This document shows, one piece after another, positions 51,819-62,128 of a stretch of 64,000 nucleotides of DNA (its first letter is position 1; every line of letters starts with the position of its first letter). A program made the position numbers and the translations under genes. The stretch is taken from assembly GCA_027310185.1 (NCBI GenBank), contig DAIDBH010000019.1:32001-96000 (forward strand), in the 5' to 3' direction. The notes beneath the pieces are model-generated. The model had not been told where the DNA came from, searched no databases, and was given only the letters and a program-made list of their open reading frames with translations. The stretch comes from Thermoplasmatales archaeon (lineage in GTDB: Archaea > Thermoplasmatota > Thermoplasmata > Thermoplasmatales > Thermoplasmataceae).

Positions 51819-52817
51819 AATAAGGTTCTCTTTTATTTCTTTTACATTTGAGCTTAAATCTTCAGTCTCCATTCTTGTAAGGATTCCATTCTTTTGGTAG
51901 AATTCACTGTATTTTATACCACTGTCAGGAAAAACTGTGTATACTTTTAGGTTGTTTCTTGATTCGGCTATCTTAAGTGCCCCCATGAAATTTGCACCTG
52001 ATGAAAAACCAACGTAAATTCCAAGTTCTCTGGCAAGCTTTTGAACTCCATCTCTTGCGTCTTTTTCATTTACATTTATCATCTTGTCTACCAGTGAAAT
52101 GTTCTTTTCAATGATTGTCTTGTCCTTTGCCTTTAAAAAATTCCTTATTCCCTGTATATAGGACGACTGATCCGACTGCAGCATGTAAACAGTTGTACCT
52201 GGTCGTTTGTCCTTGAAGTATTTGGCATTCCCAATTATTGAGCCACCTGTTCCCATGGCTATTGCCACTGCATCCGGTAATCCTCCTATCTGTTTTTCTG
52301 CCTCTGGAGCCGTTGTATAAACATGAGACAGATAATTGAATTCATTTCCATGCTGATGAAGACAGACATAAGTTTCCGGTTCTTTCATTGCAATGTCAAT
52401 GGCGGAATTAATGGCAACCTCTGTGCTGGTAGTCTCAGGTGGTTCATTTGTCTCAACAACCTTTGCTCCAGAGTCTATCAGGGCTTTCTTGGTTCCATCA
52501 GATGTGCCCGGAGGTATGAAAAGCATGGACTTAATTCCAAGTTTTCGACAGATATTTCCAGTCGCTATTCCTGTATTACCTGATGTTCCCTCGACGATGG
52601 TCTTATTCACTATATTTCTCTCTGTAAGGATAAGATGATCGATCATGAAGAATGCTCCCCTGTCCTTGATAGATCCAAAGGGATTGAAATATTCAAGTTT
52701 AGCAAAAACTGATGAACCATTAGATGTATCATATTTAAGCATCGGGGTATTACCGAAACCTTCCCTGTAAAAATCATCCCTTATGTTTCTGCATAGTTTT
52801 TCCCTTTCCTCGCCCAT
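51807..52817 (-). CDS. Cysteine synthase family PLP enzyme
   Basis: KLEYFNPFGSIKDR, TSGNTG, GTGGS, SSGAN and FPDSG motifs. Confidence 0.9.
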   Translation of the reverse strand: MGEEREKLCRNIRDDFYREGFGNTPMLKYDTSNGSSVFAKLEYFNPFGSIKDRGAFFMIDHLILTERNIVNKTIVEGTSGNTGIATGNICRKLGIKSMLFIPPGTSDGTKKALIDSGAKVVETNEPPETTSTEVAINSAIDIAMKEPETYVCLHQHGNEFNYLSHVYTTAPEAEKQIGGLPDAVAIAMGTGGSIIGNAKYFKDKRPGTTVYMLQSDQSSYIQGIRNFLKAKDKTIIEKNISLVDKMINVNEKDARDGVQKLARELGIYVGFSSGANFMGALKIAESRNNLKVYTVFPDSGIKYSEFYQKNGILTRMETEDLSSNVKEIKENLILVK

Positions 52818-52904
52818 AAATCCCTATGTGATTTTTCATTATTATTGTTTCCTGAATTTATGAGTAAGATATGAATAGTTATTCTCAATAAGAGTGAGAT
52901 TAAT

Positions 52905-53984
52905 TTGTCTGACTACAACAAAGAGATAGCTGAGGGGTTTGAATTATTAACCCAGGGAGAATTCGAAAAAAGCCTTGAAAAATTCATTACAGCAATAGAA
53001 ATAGATTCAACCAGGCCAGATGCCTTTTCATTGGCATCAGAAGCATTTGCGCAAATTGGCGATATTGAAAACGCCAAGTCCCACGCGGAATTGGCCTATA
53101 AAATAGATTCCGAAAAGCCGGAATATGTATTGCAGTACGCTTCCATGCTTTATGCAACGGGAAACAGCGAGGAGAGCCTGAGACTCGCAAACGAGGCTCA
53201 GAAAAAAGGAGAAATGCCAGAGATACATCTCCTGAAAAGCAACATCTATATGGACATGGAGGAAGACCAGAAGGCTCTTAAAGAGGCTAAAATGGCTTTT
53301 GAGATGGATAAGAATCCCATATACAGGACAAATTATGCCATTGTCCTTAAGGAGAGTGGGAAAATAAAAGAATCAACTGAAATCCTAAAGAAAATGGTGC
53401 AGGAAAACCCGGATGATTTGGATGCAATTTATTTATTATTCCAGAATGAGCTTGCCGAAGATCACCTCTCCGAAGCCATGAATTACATTACAAAATGCAT
53501 ATCCCTCAATGATTCTGAGCCATTATTCTACTCCGAACTGGCATCAATGATGGAAGATTTTGAAGATAATGAACTTGCAGAGAAATATTATAAGAAGGCA
53601 TTTGATGTTTCAGACAACGATCCAGAAATGGCAATGCAACTTGCAGAACTCTATAATTCTCTTGATAAGGTGCAGGAAGGTATTGATGTACTGGAAGTTT
53701 CCCACAGCGATGAAGATCCAGAATATCACCTCATGATGGGCAAACTTCTCATGGGCAAAAAAGAGTATAATAAGGCCATTTCTCATCTGGATATTGCAAT
53801 TGAAATGGCAGACGATCCAGAGGCAAAAATTGTAAAAGGATCATGTCTTATGGAAATCAACCGGCTGAATGAAGCGCAATCTATACTGAAGGAAGCCTTA
53901 AAGCAGGACTTCCAGACAGAATATGTTGAGTCTCTGTTAAATCAGGTCTGGTGGAAGGAGAACAGCAAGAAATTCAAACTATAA
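52905..53984 (+). CDS. Tetratricopeptide repeat protein
   Basis: Successive 34-aa-like helical repeats across the whole length; acidic. Confidence 0.85.
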   Translation: MSDYNKEIAEGFELLTQGEFEKSLEKFITAIEIDSTRPDAFSLASEAFAQIGDIENAKSHAELAYKIDSEKPEYVLQYASMLYATGNSEESLRLANEAQKKGEMPEIHLLKSNIYMDMEEDQKALKEAKMAFEMDKNPIYRTNYAIVLKESGKIKESTEILKKMVQENPDDLDAIYLLFQNELAEDHLSEAMNYITKCISLNDSEPLFYSELASMMEDFEDNELAEKYYKKAFDVSDNDPEMAMQLAELYNSLDKVQEGIDVLEVSHSDEDPEYHLMMGKLLMGKKEYNKAISHLDIAIEMADDPEAKIVKGSCLMEINRLNEAQSILKEALKQDFQTEYVESLLNQVWWKENSKKFKL

Positions 53985-54300
53985 TTTCCAGATTTTTTCC
54001 ATTCAATCTTATTTCATAAATCTTCAAGTTACCTGACAATGCATAATCTCCCATTGATCTGGGTATTGGATTCTCAAGCACATCGCCGTTATTCAGATTG
54101 AAAATAATATGATGGGAAGGACACATTATCCTCTCCCCGGAAAGAATCTTGCAAAGAAAGAGAGGACCACCCCTATGAGGGCACTTTGAGTCAAAGGCAA
54201 AGTATTTTTCACCTTCTTTGATGATCGTTATATCTTTATCCTGACTCTGTACCCTCTTTCTACCCATGGAGTCAAATCCTCCATTTTCAATACTTATCAT
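53974..54300 (-). CDS. Rieske [2Fe-2S] ferredoxin
   Basis: CPH...CPSH ligand motifs. Confidence 0.9.
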   Translation of the reverse strand: MISIENGGFDSMGRKRVQSQDKDITIIKEGEKYFAFDSKCPHRGGPLFLCKILSGERIMCPSHHIIFNLNNGDVLENPIPRSMGDYALSGNLKIYEIRLNGKNLEIIV

Positions 54301-54301
54301 A

Positions 54302-55276
54302 TTAGAGGGAGATCTTGGATTTTTTATTCAGATCAACAAATTTCCAGTCACTTCTAACCGATCCCATCCCACGTTTCTTGTGAACATAGTTAATAGCACT
54401 CAATGCTGCTACAGAACCCTGACCGGCTGAGATCACTGCCTGTTTATACGGGATATTTGTTACATCCCCTGCAGCGAAAACGCCTTCTTTGCTTGTTCTG
54501 CCACTCATGTCTATAATGACTTCGTTGTCTTTGTTCATTTCAACAAATCCATTCAGCATCCCTGTCTTTGCAATGTATCCCATTTCAACAAACACTGCTT
54601 TAACTGGAACCTGTTCAAGCGAGCCATCCTTCTTTCTGAGGGAAACTGCGTTCACAGTCTTATCTCCGAGTATTTCCTCAACTTCTGACTCGTAAAGGAA
54701 TTTAACAGTCTCCAGGGATTTTGCCTCAGCTATCATGTCTTCTGAACCTGAAATACGGTTTCCCTTCTGTGTAACATATACATTTGAAGCAACTGTTCCT
54801 AAATATAGTGCAGCCTGAAGAGCATGGTCTCCTGCGCCAGCTACAAGAACATCCTTATTTCTATAGAGCGGACCATCACATATTGAGCAATAGGATACAC
54901 CTCTTCCCTTGAATTTCTCTTCTCCCTTGCTCCCCAGATCTCTTGGGGTTTTACCAAAAGCAAGAACCAGTGCATCGCATTCATATTGCTGTTCCACACC
55001 TTTCAGGATAAACTGGTTATCTGATTCAGTTACTGTCCTTACCTCATCATATGAAAACTCAGTTCCATACATCTGAGCCTGTGCCTGAAATTTGGAAGCC
55101 AGATCAAACCCGGATATACTTTCAAAGCCAGGGTAATTCTGGATATCCGTTGTAAGTAATCCCTGACCACCAATATCTTTTGTGATTACAAGTGTCTTCA
55201 TTCCCTGCCTGGAAGAATAAATGGCCGCAGTAAGACCTGCAAAGGCACCACCTATTACAATAATATCATATTTCAT
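54302..55276 (-). CDS. trxB: Thioredoxin reductase-like flavoprotein
   Basis: IGGAFAG, GGQ...NYPG, GVSYCSICDG and FAAGD motifs. Confidence 0.92.
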   Translation of the reverse strand: MKYDIIVIGGAFAGLTAAIYSSRQGMKTLVITKDIGGQGLLTTDIQNYPGFESISGFDLASKFQAQAQMYGTEFSYDEVRTVTESDNQFILKGVEQQYECDALVLAFGKTPRDLGSKGEEKFKGRGVSYCSICDGPLYRNKDVLVAGAGDHALQAALYLGTVASNVYVTQKGNRISGSEDMIAEAKSLETVKFLYESEVEEILGDKTVNAVSLRKKDGSLEQVPVKAVFVEMGYIAKTGMLNGFVEMNKDNEVIIDMSGRTSKEGVFAAGDVTNIPYKQAVISAGQGSVAALSAINYVHKKRGMGSVRSDWKFVDLNKKSKISL

Positions 55277-55687
55277 TCAGTTCAACAACTTCTTTAGTTT
55301 TGCATCAAGCATTGCCTTTGGTACAGCTCCGATACTTACATCAGCGACCTTACCATTCTTGAACATTATTACAGTAGGTATGCTTGTAATATTGAATGAT
55401 GAACTTACTTCCGGATTGGCATCTACATCCACTTTTCCAAAGGAAATCTTACCACTGTATTCATTGGCCAGTTCTTCAACTATTGGGGAGAGGAATCTGC
55501 ATGGAGCACACCAGGATGCCCAGAAGTCCACTACCATAATCTTGCTCTTTTTTACCTCATCATTGAAAGTTGCATCTGTTAATTCTACAGGTTTCATTCT
55601 TTTTTCCTCCTTATTCTTATTTTCTTCCTGAATTCTTGCCAGTACTTTTTTCCTTATGTTTTCCAGTTCTACATCTTCATCTGACAT
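55277..55687 (-). CDS. trxA: Thioredoxin with N-terminal helical extension
   Basis: DFWASWCAPC and SIPT motifs. Confidence 0.95.
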   Translation of the reverse strand: MSDEDVELENIRKKVLARIQEENKNKEEKRMKPVELTDATFNDEVKKSKIMVVDFWASWCAPCRFLSPIVEELANEYSGKISFGKVDVDANPEVSSSFNITSIPTVIMFKNGKVADVSIGAVPKAMLDAKLKKLLN

Positions 55688-55788
55688 AATTGAATTCTAT
55701 TAGATATTTGATTGGAGTTAATCAACGTTACGGTTTTGCCAAAATCATACAAAACCATTTATAGAACAACCCAATACCGGCGTATAAT

Positions 55789-56172
55789 ATGAAAATAACA
55801 TCAAAATTGAATTCCGATATTGCTTGCTGTTCCGATTTACTGGAATCGGTATTTAACTTTGGAAAGACTGATGTGGACATATTTTATGCATTAACTCCTG
55901 GAAAGTGGTTCAGGATAGAGGATATTTCAAATGATATAAAAAGGGATCAGAGTACAGTTTACAGATCATTGCAGAAATTGATCAGCATGGGCTTTGTAAT
56001 GCGAGACTCAAGGATCATCCAGAATGGAGGCTATTATTATGAATATGCATTATCAGTTTCCTCAACGCTTGATAAGGTAATCAGAGAAAAGATTGATGAG
56101 TTGATTGATCGTCTGAGAAGCCTTTCAAGGGACCTTATACGGGAATTAGAATCACGGGAAATGATACAATAG
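55789..56172 (+). CDS. wHTH transcriptional regulator (TrmB-like)
   Basis: RDQSTVYRSLQKL and GGYYYEY motifs, N-terminal CC. Confidence 0.85.
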   Translation: MKITSKLNSDIACCSDLLESVFNFGKTDVDIFYALTPGKWFRIEDISNDIKRDQSTVYRSLQKLISMGFVMRDSRIIQNGGYYYEYALSVSSTLDKVIREKIDELIDRLRSLSRDLIRELESREMIQ

Positions 56173-56175
56173 TTT

Positions 56176-57138
56176 TCATCTCACCATTGATATAAATCTT
56201 TGAGCCTCTTCCACCACTCTTACCACTCTGTATCCATCATTCCCTGTTGCTATCCTGCTTTTTTCTCCATTTGCGTATTTTACAAATTCTGACACTTCTT
56301 CAGCATACATGTTCCCTGATTTAAACTCCTTTACCATTTCATCATCGATCTCAACTACTGCATTGATTGAAGTGCCAAAGAAATTTCTGCACTTTATTTT
56401 TCTGTCTGCGGTCAACAGGGTCAAGTCATTTGAAATGGGGCCCATCTGTCTGGATGAGAAAGCAGCAGCGAATCCCTTTTCGAACTGCATATTTACTATC
56501 ATTGATTCATCAATTATCTTCTCTTCTGGCATCCTGAATGAGGTTACCTTCCTGGGAAATCTATTATGAAATGAAATCAGCGTATCAATGACGTGAACGC
56601 CAGTACCCATTACGGAACCTCCTCCTACCTTATCTGGTTCGCTCCACCACTTGCTATCTGTCGTTTGTTCCCTTGCAGCTGACTTATGGGTCCACATTCC
56701 CGATTCATAAATTATTTCTTCATCGGGTTTCAGTATTTCATTTTTTATGTAGTCAAGCGCAGGGTGCATTCTGAGATGGAAGCCAATACCAAGTTTAGCC
56801 TTCCTCTCGGTTGCCAGGGAAATGAGTTCTTTTGCGTCTGCAGATCTCAGTGTCATCTGTTTTTCCAGCAGAACATGTTTGCTATGATTTAGGGCTTTTC
56901 TTGCATGTTCAAAATGCATGAAATTTGGTGAACCCACATAGACAGAATCTATATCATCAGAAAGCATTTCTCCATATGTAGGGTAATATTTGCATGAAAA
57001 CTTTTTAGATATTTCATCTCCCTTCTCCTTGTTCGTCGTGGTAATACCTGAGATTTCATTACCACTTTCTAAAATGGCAGGCATCACCCTATTCACTGCA
57101 TGATTACCGATACCAACAACCCCGAATTTCATAATCAA
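56176..57138 (-). CDS. Gfo/Idh/MocA oxidoreductase
   Basis: GIGNHA, KHVLLEK and GGGSVMGTGVHVID motifs. Confidence 0.9.
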   Translation of the reverse strand: MIMKFGVVGIGNHAVNRVMPAILESGNEISGITTTNKEKGDEISKKFSCKYYPTYGEMLSDDIDSVYVGSPNFMHFEHARKALNHSKHVLLEKQMTLRSADAKELISLATERKAKLGIGFHLRMHPALDYIKNEILKPDEEIIYESGMWTHKSAAREQTTDSKWWSEPDKVGGGSVMGTGVHVIDTLISFHNRFPRKVTSFRMPEEKIIDESMIVNMQFEKGFAAAFSSRQMGPISNDLTLLTADRKIKCRNFFGTSINAVVEIDDEMVKEFKSGNMYAEEVSEFVKYANGEKSRIATGNDGYRVVRVVEEAQRFISMVR

Positions 57139-57233
57139 ATATGGTGAGTCTGTTAATAATATATTCTATTATCTTGTTGGTTTCATTATTCCTGTGTCAA
57201 ATCTTTAAATATGCAAATTCGATATTATCGTGA

Positions 57234-58052
57234 ATGGCAAATTCCAAAAAAACAAATAAACAGAAGGAAGACGAATTAAGAATCCTTATCCAGAGAAGAA
57301 GGAAGATATTAACGACTGCAGTAACAATAGTAGTGGCTGTTATAGTAATTGTAGCGGTACTCATAGCTTCTGGTGTATTTAATTCATCATCTCCCGGTAC
57401 TTCATCCAATTCCACAGTGGTGCAAAGTGGAAAATTTATCAGGATAGACGGTTCGGACGTTTCACCAGTCGGTGGAGTTAATATTTATTTTCTTTCATGG
57501 CAGGGATGCCCAATCGGTGCCTCAGACAGCTGGTTTATTTACAATTATGTTCACTCTCAGGATCCATCACTTTCAAATTCCACAATATATCACGACATGC
57601 ATTTCAGTGATCCTGATGAAAGCCCTACAAACATACCAGGTCTTCTCTTTAACAACTTCACTTATAGTCTAGGTGGGATAGATTATCACTTCCACGTTAT
57701 ATATGTGTATGGAGAATACCTTCCACCGGATGGACCCAGTTCAGTTAGCCAGGGAGAATCTGTCCTGAATGCAAATTTTCCATCTTCAGTTTCATCGCTG
57801 TTCCTGAAATATGAGACTCAATACCCAACAGCTAATCTAAGTGGCGAAGCAATCGCAAACTATGCAGGGCACCTGACTTCAAGCTTAATAATAACGGGAC
57901 CTTCAGGAACATACTATGCAGAGGGTGAACTATACAGTCCTTCAACAATAGCAAACATACAGCCTGGAATCCTCATAAATGAACTCTCTCAATATCCTGG
58001 CATAACCGTGGGAACATCAGAACTTGGATCTGCTGTGAATTCTGTAATCTGA
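57234..58052 (+). CDS. DUF929-like membrane-anchored extracellular protein
   Basis: Basic N-terminus plus TM helix, SWQGCPIGASDSW and HFSDP...NIPGLLF motifs. Confidence 0.7.
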   Translation: MANSKKTNKQKEDELRILIQRRRKILTTAVTIVVAVIVIVAVLIASGVFNSSSPGTSSNSTVVQSGKFIRIDGSDVSPVGGVNIYFLSWQGCPIGASDSWFIYNYVHSQDPSLSNSTIYHDMHFSDPDESPTNIPGLLFNNFTYSLGGIDYHFHVIYVYGEYLPPDGPSSVSQGESVLNANFPSSVSSLFLKYETQYPTANLSGEAIANYAGHLTSSLIITGPSGTYYAEGELYSPSTIANIQPGILINELSQYPGITVGTSELGSAVNSVI

Positions 58053-58071
58053 AAAATGTGAGAAGAAACAG

Positions 58072-59124
58072 ATGGATATTTATGCCGATTTTCACAACAT
58101 AAAGAAGATCTTCCTTTCCACACCAATTTTTATCTGTCTTCTGGTGATGTGGTTATATGGCGTAAACTCTATTTTTTACGTACTGTTGATTTCTATAGTT
58201 TTATCCGTGATAATATCAGTCTTATATTCTGTATGGATGGAGTCAACAACATACCATGAGGCTTCTGGCGTTTGGATCATGCCAATCATAGCATACATGT
58301 TTTTAAGGCTGGACTTTTCAGGAAGCATACCCAATATTATTGAATTATTGAAAGCTCCATTCATCATAGATACTCTAATATGGATTCCAATCGGTATATT
58401 CATCATCAACTTTATAATCCACCTGACCCCACACAATTCAGGTCAATATAATTCACCCGATCAAAAAAGGTCATATGGATACTGGCTAACAGTATCAACA
58501 ATAATCGGGATGGGAATAACTGTTATCCTATCCGGGTTAACCGAAGGCTATATTTTTATTTTTCCAGACAGATATATGATTCCACTGTTTTATGGGTTAA
58601 TAGTTGTCCTTGCACAATTCAACTTTTCTGTTACAAGCAGGAGAAGCATAAATGGTATTGTTCTTATCCTTATCCTGTATTCATTGCTGGCAATATACGA
58701 AAATATACTTAAGGGTGTTTTCCCGCCTCTTTTAACAATTCTCGTGGAGTTTATACTTCTCACGTCATTCTTCTGGATTGTGATGAATCCCGAACAGAGG
58801 GAAGGAAAATATACAGGATCAGTAATATCCTATCCGCACTATAGAATAAAGTTCTTCCTTGTAGTCCTCTGGTTCCTCATACTCTATTTTACCATCCCAA
58901 AAGTATATCAGCCAGTTGAATCGGTTCTCATATTTCCACTTATATTCTTTTCTGAATTCATAGTTGACCTTTTTAAGGGAATCAGGGCCTCGACTCTTTC
59001 TGGCAAGGGTGGTATAATAGGAGGAGCAGGTCCCTTCGACAGTCTCTATTCAACTTTCTCCTTTACCATATTCACCTACCTGGTTTTTGTAATAATAGTA
59101 ATGAATAATCTAACTGGAATTTAA
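58072..59124 (+). CDS. Multi-pass membrane protein with DUF1614-like C-terminus
   Basis: About 10 TM helices. IGGAGPFD resembles the DUF1614 GGAGxFD motif. Confidence 0.6.
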   Translation: MDIYADFHNIKKIFLSTPIFICLLVMWLYGVNSIFYVLLISIVLSVIISVLYSVWMESTTYHEASGVWIMPIIAYMFLRLDFSGSIPNIIELLKAPFIIDTLIWIPIGIFIINFIIHLTPHNSGQYNSPDQKRSYGYWLTVSTIIGMGITVILSGLTEGYIFIFPDRYMIPLFYGLIVVLAQFNFSVTSRRSINGIVLILILYSLLAIYENILKGVFPPLLTILVEFILLTSFFWIVMNPEQREGKYTGSVISYPHYRIKFFLVVLWFLILYFTIPKVYQPVESVLIFPLIFFSEFIVDLFKGIRASTLSGKGGIIGGAGPFDSLYSTFSFTIFTYLVFVIIVMNNLTGI

Positions 59125-59214
59125 TATTGAGGTTACTTAAAATATTAATCACAATAGATCCACGCTTAAAATGATTCGGGGTTTTTTATCAGGCCTAAAT
59201 ATCCAGTTCGAATA

Positions 59215-61044
59215 TCATGAATTTTCCATTCTCTGGACATCTTTAATTCTCCTTATCTCCATGTTATAAGCTTCAGCAACTTCTGAGAGCGTCAGAGTTC
59301 CGACAACAACATCTGGTGAATTGTCATCGTAAACAATGAGTTTTCCAGATGGTTCCTTTGTAAGTTTATTCAGTGCATTGTGTAAGTTGTCATCACTTCT
59401 GATGAGAGGTGGATCTGTTTGCATCACGCTTTCAATCTTCTCATCATAGTTAACATTAACTGGTATATTTTCTATGGACAGGTACCCTTCAAGTTTACCA
59501 CCATCCTCCACAACTATCCCCTTTGTCCTGCTTTCTCTTATCATATTGATTCCTGCTCTGAGGGTTTCATTCTTACTAATCTTGAAATAATCCTTCTTCA
59601 TGGCCGTATATACCGGGATGTCGTCCATTATCGGGTTCTTATATTCATCTTCGTGGGCAGGGGATTTGCTTCTATCCAAAACCTGCGAACGATAAATTGA
59701 GAGATTCCCACTAACAAAGTAACTTACCGTTGTTGCAAGCATTAAGGGTATGAACAGTGCATATGATCCTGTCATTTCTGTCCCCATTATAATAATAGCA
59801 ATTGGAGCCTTAGATGCCCCACCGAACATTGAAATCATGGACACTATTATAATTTCATCCACGCTCAGATAAGGGAAAAAAATTCTGAGAGGAATTGCAA
59901 TAGCTGCCCCTAGGAATGCTCCAATCACCAGTCCTGGAGCGAAGACTCCTCCAGATCCTTCGGATCCTATGGTGAATGATGTTGCAACAGTTTTCAAAAA
60001 GAAAAGCACAATAAAGATAACGAACAAATCAAGGTACCCAGTTCCAAAAAGGGCCATATTCCCATCCAGCATCTGTTGAACCCATCCATACCCCAGTCCG
60101 AGTATTTCTGGAAAGAATATGGCGATTATCCCAACTATTGCTCCCCCGATTGCAGGTTTGGCATAGGGAGAAATCCTTTTTGCCATTGAAAATATTCTAC
60201 TTATACCGTAGAATGTCTTTATATAAAATATTGCGGAGAGACCAGCAAAAAAACCAATTATGAGATATGCGATTAGGGACAGCGGGTGAAAAAAGCCTAT
60301 TACAGTTGAAGTTGGAATTAGAAATATGGTCTTGTAGCCTGTGTAGTAACCAAAAATTGAATATCCGATCACCGAAGCTATTGTTGATGGAATCAACGCT
60401 TCTGTTTCGAAGTCCCTTTTATAAAGAATTTCTGTGCTTAGAATTGCTCCTCCAAGAGGGGCCAGGAATATACTTCCAATACCTGCCCCAATACCAGAAG
60501 CTACTGCGATACGGCGGTCGTGATCATCAAGATGAAATATATCTGAAAGGAAGGACCCAAATCCAGCGGCAATCTGCGCTGTGGGACCTTCCCTTCCAGC
60601 ACTTCCTCCCGAGCCTATGGTAATAGCTGAAGCAACTGTCTTTACCAGTGGTATTCTCTTTCTAATTCTTCCTGCATTGTTATGAAATGCACTGATCGCT
60701 GCATCCGTACCATGTCCCTTAGCTTCCGGTGCGGTTTTATTCAGAATAATAGCAACAACAATCCCTCCAATAATAAGCGATAGTGGAATGTAAAGATAAT
60801 GAATATTCGGGGAATATTGATAAAACGATGTCCCTGCAAGCAATCCTGATCTTGGTGGGGAAAATCCTGTTAAACCTGTCAGAAGGTAAGTTGTTACAAA
60901 TTCTATTGAAATGTAGAGAACAATTGCACCAAGACCTGCTATGATCCCAATCAGGGTACCAATAAGAGCCCATTTGCCCGATGCAGTAGACATCATTTTT
61001 GTGTAAAGACGAGATGCAACTGGAAAGCGGTTTGATGGGGACAT
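59215..61044 (-). CDS. ClC-family chloride channel/antiporter with CBS pair
   Basis: GHGTD, GGSAGREGP, GGVFAP and C-terminal CBS domains. Confidence 0.93.
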   Translation of the reverse strand: MSPSNRFPVASRLYTKMMSTASGKWALIGTLIGIIAGLGAIVLYISIEFVTTYLLTGLTGFSPPRSGLLAGTSFYQYSPNIHYLYIPLSLIIGGIVVAIILNKTAPEAKGHGTDAAISAFHNNAGRIRKRIPLVKTVASAITIGSGGSAGREGPTAQIAAGFGSFLSDIFHLDDHDRRIAVASGIGAGIGSIFLAPLGGAILSTEILYKRDFETEALIPSTIASVIGYSIFGYYTGYKTIFLIPTSTVIGFFHPLSLIAYLIIGFFAGLSAIFYIKTFYGISRIFSMAKRISPYAKPAIGGAIVGIIAIFFPEILGLGYGWVQQMLDGNMALFGTGYLDLFVIFIVLFFLKTVATSFTIGSEGSGGVFAPGLVIGAFLGAAIAIPLRIFFPYLSVDEIIIVSMISMFGGASKAPIAIIIMGTEMTGSYALFIPLMLATTVSYFVSGNLSIYRSQVLDRSKSPAHEDEYKNPIMDDIPVYTAMKKDYFKISKNETLRAGINMIRESRTKGIVVEDGGKLEGYLSIENIPVNVNYDEKIESVMQTDPPLIRSDDNLHNALNKLTKEPSGKLIVYDDNSPDVVVGTLTLSEVAEAYNMEIRRIKDVQRMENS

Positions 61045-61094
61045 CTTATTTTTCTCGATAAATAATTACTATTTACTTATTCTCTTTTAAGTGT

Positions 61095-61352
61095 TCAGTT
61101 CTGTTCTCTTCTATTATAACTTACCTTCTCCGGGAACGTGAGTAGAAGAATCGCATCTCCAATTGACTTGATCCATCTGAATGGAATTGAGATTGGAATG
61201 CCTTCACTTACGATACTGCTATTAGTATCCTTAATTAGCAGGCCATAAACATTGCCTCCCTCAAAATCAAGAATGACATCATATACATTTCCAACAAGCA
61301 CTCCTTTTTCTGTATACACTGGTTTCTCTATTAATCCATCAGTTGAAATCAT
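61095..61352 (-). CDS. PRC-barrel protein (CdpB-like)
   Basis: PVYTEKG...GNVYDVILD...IPFRWIKSIGDAILL pattern. Confidence 0.85.
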   Translation of the reverse strand: MISTDGLIEKPVYTEKGVLVGNVYDVILDFEGGNVYGLLIKDTNSSIVSEGIPISIPFRWIKSIGDAILLLTFPEKVSYNRREQN

Positions 61353-61356
61353 TGAT

Positions 61357-61923
61357 TCACCTCTTACAATATTCTATGAAGGATTTGAACATTTCTGTAC
61401 CGTACTGAGTATTTTCAACCTCTGGATGGAACTGAACACCAAACATTCCTTTCTTATCCGAGTAGAAAGCCTGGACCCTGCAGTTCTTGGAATTTGAGCA
61501 CACAACAAAGTCGCTTGAAATTGACACTATTTCATCATTATGATTCTCCCATACCACGATCTCCGGTGGAATCTCTTTAAAAATTCCTCCCTGATTGAAA
61601 AAACTAACTTTTGTCTTTCCAAATTCCGGTACTGGTGAAGACCTGACCTCACCATTGAAATGTAGGGCCATAAACTGAGCTCCTATACATATTCCAAATA
61701 CTGGAACGGAAGTTCTGTCAAGAATATCCGAAATCTTACCCAGTTTTGGGATTTCATTTGTTATACTTGGGGCACCTCCAGAAAGTACCCAGCCATCAGA
61801 ATCCTTGATATCATCAAAATTGATGTCATTGTCCACAATTTCTGATTCAACATCAAGTTTCTTCAGCACTTTCCACTCCTTATGAGTCCACTGACCACCA
61901 TTGTCAACTACATAAATTTTCAT
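61357..61923 (-). CDS. guaAA: GMP synthase glutaminase subunit A (ORF extends to 61986)
   Basis: VDNGGQWTH, GICIGAQ, HNDE and QFHPEV motifs. Confidence 0.93.
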   Translation of the reverse strand: MKIYVVDNGGQWTHKEWKVLKKLDVESEIVDNDINFDDIKDSDGWVLSGGAPSITNEIPKLGKISDILDRTSVPVFGICIGAQFMALHFNGEVRSSPVPEFGKTKVSFFNQGGIFKEIPPEIVVWENHNDEIVSISSDFVVCSNSKNCRVQAFYSDKKGMFGVQFHPEVENTQYGTEMFKSFIEYCKR

Positions 61924-62128
61924 AGATGATACATCCCGATTCTCTTTTATAATTTCTATATATCGAAATTTTTGTCGATGGGTCAATAAGAATGCCCTAT
62001 AATCAAATTATTCTACGGAATTCGTTATTTTTCTGCTAGTTTTTCAATGATATATTGAAATAGGTTGAAAAAAGACTATTAAAAGTATTACGAATAGTTT
62101 AATAACTTGTTAACTATAAGGTAAATAT

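Noticed and set aside
59215-61094. Fluoride exporter (CLC-F) with riboswitch
   Set aside because: The motifs are GHGTD and GREGP rather than the CLC-F type, and the 50-nt leader has no riboswitch-like sequence.
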